Assembly (NCBI GenBank): GCA_001512835.1
Contig: LFRQ01000063.1
Coordinates: 25,594-89,593 of the forward strand
DNA: 64,000 bases
Direction of reading: 5' to 3'
DNA from: Clostridia bacterium DTU022
Lineage (GTDB): Bacteria > Bacillota > Dethiobacteria > DTU022
Numbering within the stretch: the first letter of the stretch is position 1; each line of letters opens with the position of its first letter. The notes under the pieces are model-generated. The model did not search any database, was not told the origin of the DNA, and worked only from the letters and a program-made list of their open reading frames with translations. This document shows, in pieces, positions 59,489 through 64,000 of the stretch. Position numbers and translations under genes: made by a program.

Positions 59489-59550
59489 ACCCCTTTTAGG
59501 GAAAACCCGCTTGCCCTGGGCTTTCCCCCAGCTTATGATGAAACTTGACA

Positions 59551-59582
59551 GGATCTCTTATAAAAAGAGATCCTCTTTTTTT
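59551..59582 (+). terminator. rho-independent terminator
   Basis: The hairpin GGATCTCTT ataaa AAGAGATCC is followed by TCTTTTTTT. Confidence 0.7.
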
Positions 59583-59737
59583 CGGGGCGTATACTTTTGG
59601 GCGGCCGTTAATATTATTTTCTATGCCGGGCGCGGACCGAAACCAATTTTTGTGCTCGGCCCAAAAGGGTTATGGACATCTTTGGGGAAACAATAAGGAT
59701 AGCCTAGGGGATCAAAAGCGAGGGGAGAGGTAAAGGC

Positions 59738-61003
59738 ATGGGAAAGAGGATGATCTGGTTCCTGCTCCTCCTGGTGCTGGCGGCTCTTCCTGTCGACGCC
59801 CGGGAAGAGGTGAGCTGGCGCGGCATCTACAAGGGAGCCGGGTACCTGGAGATCCCCCGGGGGACAACGGTGAACGGCGATGTCCGGGTGCCGGCGGGGG
59901 AGATCGTCGTTGACGGCGTGGTTAACGGCAGCGTCACCAGCTCCATGGGCCAGTTGACGGTGCGGGGAGAGGTGAACGGAGATGCCCGGGTCCGGATGGG
60001 CAGGGCGGAGATTTCCGGCACCGTCAGGGGCGATCTGCGGGCCGACATGGGGGAGATCCGGGTAGAGGGCCTGGTGACGGGCGATGTCCGGGGAGATCTG
60101 GGTTCCATCAGGATAGACGGCACCGTGGGCGGAGATGTCAACTCTTCCCTGGGTGAGGTAATCATAAACGGGACCGTGGAGGGCAGCGTCTTCAGCGAAG
60201 GCAAGCGGGTGATCATCGCCGGCACCGTGGGCGGAGATGTCAACGTGACCCGGGGAATAGTGGAATTAAAAAAGGGCGCCCGGGTGGAGGGAGAAGTGGC
60301 TGTCGAGCGCGGCCTGGTCAGGCAGGGCGAAGGGGCGGAAGCGGGCTCCATCCGCGTGGAGGAGGAACTCTCCGAGGAAGAGATTGACACCCTTTTCCGG
60401 TCGAAGGGCTATTTTCCCTGGGGCCTGGATAAATTCATGGACCTGCCGGTAGGGCCCAACCTGCTGGAGGGGCTGGCGGATCTTCCCCGCTTTCTGCCCC
60501 GCATGGGCTTCTACTGGTCCGGCTGGAGGGGCGCCACGGCTTACCGCATTGTGCGCATCGCATTCTTCTTTGCCCTCTCCGCCCTGGTTTATGCTCTCTT
60601 CCCCCGGCAGGTGGAGACGGCAGCCCGGGCCCTGGAGACCAAAACGGGTGCCGCCGCCCTGGCGGGGATCCTGGCGGCGCTCCTTATTTTGCCGGTCCTT
60701 TTGATCCTGTTGCTGACCATCATCGGCATACCCCTGATCCCCGTCGCTCTCCTACTCCTGGCTGCGGCCTGGTTTCTGGGCTTTACCGGCATCGCCCTCT
60801 GGCTGGGGGAGAGACTGGCCCGGGCCATGGGGCTCCACTGGCCGCCGCTGGCTCACATCGCCGCAGGGGTCTTGGTAGTGGGCTTAGTGGGCCTTCTTCC
60901 GGTGCTGGGGACGCTCCTGGGGATCGCCCTTTTTGTGTTTGCCGTGGGTTCCGCCCTGGTGACCCGGCTGGGGACGTCTTCGGGGGAGGCCCTCCTGGAT
61001 TAG
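59738..61003 (+). CDS. secreted, membrane-anchored protein with a bactofilin-like beta-helical repeat region
   Basis: A signal peptide is followed by about 10 repeats of G(D/E)V…G(S/T)V.G(D/S)V (polymer-forming cytoskeletal-like), then an acidic linker and about 4 C-terminal TM helices. Confidence 0.45.
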   Translation: MGKRMIWFLLLLVLAALPVDAREEVSWRGIYKGAGYLEIPRGTTVNGDVRVPAGEIVVDGVVNGSVTSSMGQLTVRGEVNGDARVRMGRAEISGTVRGDLRADMGEIRVEGLVTGDVRGDLGSIRIDGTVGGDVNSSLGEVIINGTVEGSVFSEGKRVIIAGTVGGDVNVTRGIVELKKGARVEGEVAVERGLVRQGEGAEAGSIRVEEELSEEEIDTLFRSKGYFPWGLDKFMDLPVGPNLLEGLADLPRFLPRMGFYWSGWRGATAYRIVRIAFFFALSALVYALFPRQVETAARALETKTGAAALAGILAALLILPVLLILLLTIIGIPLIPVALLLLAAAWFLGFTGIALWLGERLARAMGLHWPPLAHIAAGVLVVGLVGLLPVLGTLLGIALFVFAVGSALVTRLGTSSGEALLD

Positions 61004-61092
61004 CGGGTGTCCGGCAAATGCACCTTCAGCTTAGACACAAAATATGTTAAGATCTTCAAAGCAGGAGTAATCCCTTGGACAGGTGTTGATGG

Positions 61093-62166
61093 ATGAAGAT
61101 CGGTCTGGTTGGCTTCCCACAATCGGGCAAGACTACCCTCTTTAATCTCCTTACCGGCTCCGGGCATGAAGATATGCCCGGCGCTGCCGAGGTGCACCTG
61201 GGCAGCGCCGTTGTCCCCGACAAAAGATTGGACTTTCTGGCGGATCTGTACAAGCCCCGCCGGTCGGTGCCCGCCCAGATTCAATTCAAAGATATTCCCG
61301 GCGTCTCCGCCGAGGCTTCCGCCGCCTTTGCCGCCCGCATGCTGGAGGAGGTGCGCAGCTCCGATCTGCTGGTGCAGGTAGTGCGGGCCTTCCGGGAGGA
61401 GGAAGTGGAAGCCGCCCTGGGGGAGCCGGATCCGTACCGGGACCTGGTGGAATTTCGCAACGAGCTGCTGCTGGCGGATATGGATTTCGTGGAGAAGCGG
61501 TTGACCCGCCTCCGGGAGGCCCGCAAGATTAAGGGGGAGACAGCCCGGCAGATTGCCCTCCTGGAACGGATCCTGGAGGGGCTGGAAGAGGAAAAATCCC
61601 CTGGCAGCCTGGGCTTCTCGGATGAGGAGGCGGCCCTCCTGGCCGGACAGAGTTTTTTGAGCGACAAGCCCTGGCTCGCGGTCCTGAATGTGGGCGAAGA
61701 GTTTTTGGGGGGAGAGGAGTACCCGGGCCGGGACCGGGCCATCGCCTATGCCCGGGAGCAGCAGATCCCCCTTTTGGAAATCTGCGCCCGGATCGAGAGG
61801 GAGATTAGCCTGCTACCCCCGGAGGAACAGGCCGCCTTTATGGCCGACTACGGCTTGACAGAACGGGGGATCGACCGCCTGGCCCGGAAAGCTTATCAAT
61901 GCCTGGGCCTGATCTCTTTCTTTACCGTCGGGGAGGACGAGGTCAGGGCCTGGACCGTCTCCCAGGGCACCCCCGTTCGCAAGGCGGCGGGCAAGATCCA
62001 TTCGGATATGGAGCGCGGCTTTATCCGGGCCGAGGTTTTCCCCTTCCATGACCTGGAGCGCCTGGGAACCCCCTTGAAGGTGAAGGAAGCGGGCCTGATG
62101 CGCCTGGAGGGGAAGGATTATATCGTCCAGGACGGGGATATCATCCATATCCGCTTTAATGTTTAA
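61093..62166 (+). CDS. ychF: ribosome-binding ATPase YchF (Obg-family)
   Basis: G1 GFPQSGKTTLFN is present. The C-terminal TGS domain ends DGDIIHIRFNV. Confidence 0.85.
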   Translation: MKIGLVGFPQSGKTTLFNLLTGSGHEDMPGAAEVHLGSAVVPDKRLDFLADLYKPRRSVPAQIQFKDIPGVSAEASAAFAARMLEEVRSSDLLVQVVRAFREEEVEAALGEPDPYRDLVEFRNELLLADMDFVEKRLTRLREARKIKGETARQIALLERILEGLEEEKSPGSLGFSDEEAALLAGQSFLSDKPWLAVLNVGEEFLGGEEYPGRDRAIAYAREQQIPLLEICARIEREISLLPPEEQAAFMADYGLTERGIDRLARKAYQCLGLISFFTVGEDEVRAWTVSQGTPVRKAAGKIHSDMERGFIRAEVFPFHDLERLGTPLKVKEAGLMRLEGKDYIVQDGDIIHIRFNV

Positions 62167-62360
62167 GGCCGTTTTTCCTTGGGAGGCGGCCTATAATCCC
62201 GGCGGCAAGGATGCCCATATTGTGCCGCCATAAGGTTTTTGCCCGGGCTTCTCTCGGGAGGCGGCCAATTTAAGCAGGTAAAACTCCAGCGGGGTTGAAT
62301 TAGTAAATACTGCCGGTATTAAGCCGGCTAATATAATCCCATAGTTTTGGAGGTATGGCG

Positions 62361-63086
62361 GTGAATATTAAGAATCCGGCGGTGCTTCCCATCTCCCTGG
62401 GCAGGTCAACCGCTTATTTAATCCGGGGGAAAAACGGACACATCCTGGTGGATTCCGGCCCGCCCGGGAGCGGGAAAAAGCTTTTGAAGAAGTTGTCCCA
62501 GGAAGGGATAAGCCCGGAACAGATTTCCCTGGTAGTCCTGACTCATGCTCATCTCGATCATTCCGGAGCGCTGGAAGATATACTCAAGGCCGGCGGGGCC
62601 AAGCTGGCCGTTCATAAAGACGAAGCACCTGCCCTGGAGCAGGAGGAAGAACTGCACCTTAACCCGGTGCGCCCCCTGGGGCGCCTGGTGAAGGCTTTCA
62701 TCGGCAAAAAGAGAAAAAAAGGAAGCTCGGAAATCAAGCCGGACCTGGTGATCAACAAGGAGCTGGACCTTAAGCCTTTCGGCATCAAGGGGAAGGTGGT
62801 GGCCACCCCCGGTCATACTCCCGGGTCGGTGACGGTGTTCTTGCAGACCGGCGAAGCCATCGTGGGGGACCTGTTGATGGGGGGCATGCTTTTCCGCCGC
62901 CGCCGGCCTTTCTACCCCCTGTTTGCCTCGGATGTCAAGCAGCTGGAGCGGAGCATCCGGCTGGTGCTCAAGCTCAAACCCAAGCTTATACTGCCCGCTC
63001 ACGGGGGGCCTTTTACCCCCGCTCAGGTGGAAACCAAGCTGCTGCAGCCCCGGCGGATTAAGCGCAAAAAAGCCCGCCGCGGTTAA
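62361..63086 (+). CDS. MBL-fold metallo-hydrolase
   Basis: The HxHxDH motif (THAHLDHSG) and TPGHTPGS are present. The start is GTG 62361 after GGAGG, or ATG 62355. Confidence 0.75.
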   Translation: MNIKNPAVLPISLGRSTAYLIRGKNGHILVDSGPPGSGKKLLKKLSQEGISPEQISLVVLTHAHLDHSGALEDILKAGGAKLAVHKDEAPALEQEEELHLNPVRPLGRLVKAFIGKKRKKGSSEIKPDLVINKELDLKPFGIKGKVVATPGHTPGSVTVFLQTGEAIVGDLLMGGMLFRRRRPFYPLFASDVKQLERSIRLVLKLKPKLILPAHGGPFTPAQVETKLLQPRRIKRKKARRG

Positions 63087-63270
63087 GGGGCGCCCGGCGG
63101 CCTTGCTGGACGGCAGCGCTCTTGCTTAAAGGCACGGCGCCTCCTTTCCAGGCGGTTCCAGGCAGCATCATCCCTGCTGCTGGAGAGGGCTTTCTTGCCC
63201 CGCTGTTGCCTAAATCCAAACAGCCTTTCCGGCTTGCTTCGCCGGTTCTATTCCTGATTGACGGACTTGC

Positions 63271-64000
63271 TTAGGGGCGGAACGACAGCAGCATGAGGAG
63301 CATCTTTTTCATCATCTCCCCGTCGGCGGCCGTCAACCGGTGCCGGACCGGTTTTTTATCCAGCTGGTTCAGCCCCTCCGGTATGGGGAGTCCCGTCTCC
63401 CGGGACAGGAATTCCAGCAGTTCAAATTCCGACTTGCCCCTCACGGCGTCGGCGCCGAAGAGGGCCCGGCAGACGCTCCCGTTGAATTTAAAGGGGCTGG
63501 CGGTGGAGAGGATTACCGCCTTGCGGCAGTCTCCTGTAGCCTCCCGGTACTGGTCCAGGACCGCCTTCCCCACGGCGGTGTGGGGGTCCACCAGGTAGCC
63601 GTAATCCCGGTAGGTGTCGCGGATGGCCGCCGCCGTCTTCTCCTCGTCGGCGAAGCCGCCCCAGAACAGCTTGCGTATGGCCGCGGCGGTTTTAAGATCG
63701 ATCCGATAGCGCCCCTCCCGGGCCAGCTGCTCCATCCAGCGCTGCACCTTTTTGGGCTGCCGGCCGGAGAGCTCGAAGAGGAGCCGCTCCAGGTTGCTGG
63801 AGATCAGGATATCCATGGAGGGAGAACTGGTCCGGTAAAAAGGCCTTCTCCGGTCGTAAACACCGGTTTTGAAAAAGTCGGTGAGCACGTGGTTCCGGTT
63901 GGAGGCGCAGATCAGCCGGCCCAGGGGCAGCCCCTGGCGGTAGGCGTAGTAGCCGGCCAGGATGTTGCCGAAGTTGCCCGTGGGCACCACGAAGTTCAGC
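63271..64000 (-). CDS. thrC: threonine synthase, 3' part; the N-terminus lies beyond the window end
   Basis: The conserved PLP-region motif VPTGNFGNI is present, and the ORF is open to the window edge. Confidence 0.8.
   Translation of the reverse strand, partial: LNFVVPTGNFGNILAGYYAYRQGLPLGRLICASNRNHVLTDFFKTGVYDRRRPFYRTSSPSMDILISSNLERLLFELSGRQPKKVQRWMEQLAREGRYRIDLKTAAAIRKLFWGGFADEEKTAAAIRDTYRDYGYLVDPHTAVGKAVLDQYREATGDCRKAVILSTASPFKFNGSVCRALFGADAVRGKSEFELLEFLSRETGLPIPEGLNQLDKKPVRHRLTAADGEMMKKMLLMLLSFRP

Overview
This 64 kb window is a high-GC (~60%) chromosomal segment. Gene content suggests a Gram-positive anaerobe, probably Clostridia or Peptococcaceae-like. That guess rests on feoAB, a class II B12-dependent ribonucleotide reductase, HD-GYP/GGDEF signalling proteins, an xxxLxxG heptad-repeat (YhgE/Pip-type) protein and a LysM-repeat protein. 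About 45 coding sequences are supportable. In order they include: the end of an FtsX-type ABC permease, then an OmpR/histidine-kinase pair; a CapA-family phosphatase; nrdJ; feoAB; an ABC-2 exporter; an IS200-like Y1 transposase (REP-associated tyrosine transposase, RAYT) flanked by inverted REP-like repeats; a cluster encoding an acetoacetate-decarboxylase-family protein, an acyl-CoA dehydrogenase and an SCP2 protein; and a frameshifted NERD-UvrD-like helicase. Further along are a heptad-repeat membrane protein, oxidoreductases, an orphan iolB, nagA, an orphan hisF, and a GntR regulator with glcD- and glcF-like genes. Next come a Sir2 gene, a CDP-alcohol transferase and an ADP-ribosylglycohydrolase. 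Near the end are a PocR-PAS-GGDEF-HD-GYP protein, a LysM x8 protein, ychF and the 3' part of thrC. The most unusual content is non-coding. (i) A REP-like 26-nt family, AATTCACAATTCAAGACCTGACCCC, is tied to the RAYT, forms arrays, and supplies the stop codon and last four residues (GVRS) of two unrelated genes. (ii) A second dispersed ~27-nt family, GGAGGGACGGTGACTTTGGCTCATCGG, has at least 10 copies, donates stop codons to two genes, and brackets a low-GC lipoprotein gene as a clustered inverted arrangement. (iii) Several promoter-proximal tandem arrays are present: seven copies of a 21-nt unit, two copies of a 78-bp unit, and three copies of a ~35-nt unit. No CRISPR, rRNA or tRNA was found. 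All functional calls come from reading motifs in the translations and are not database hits.
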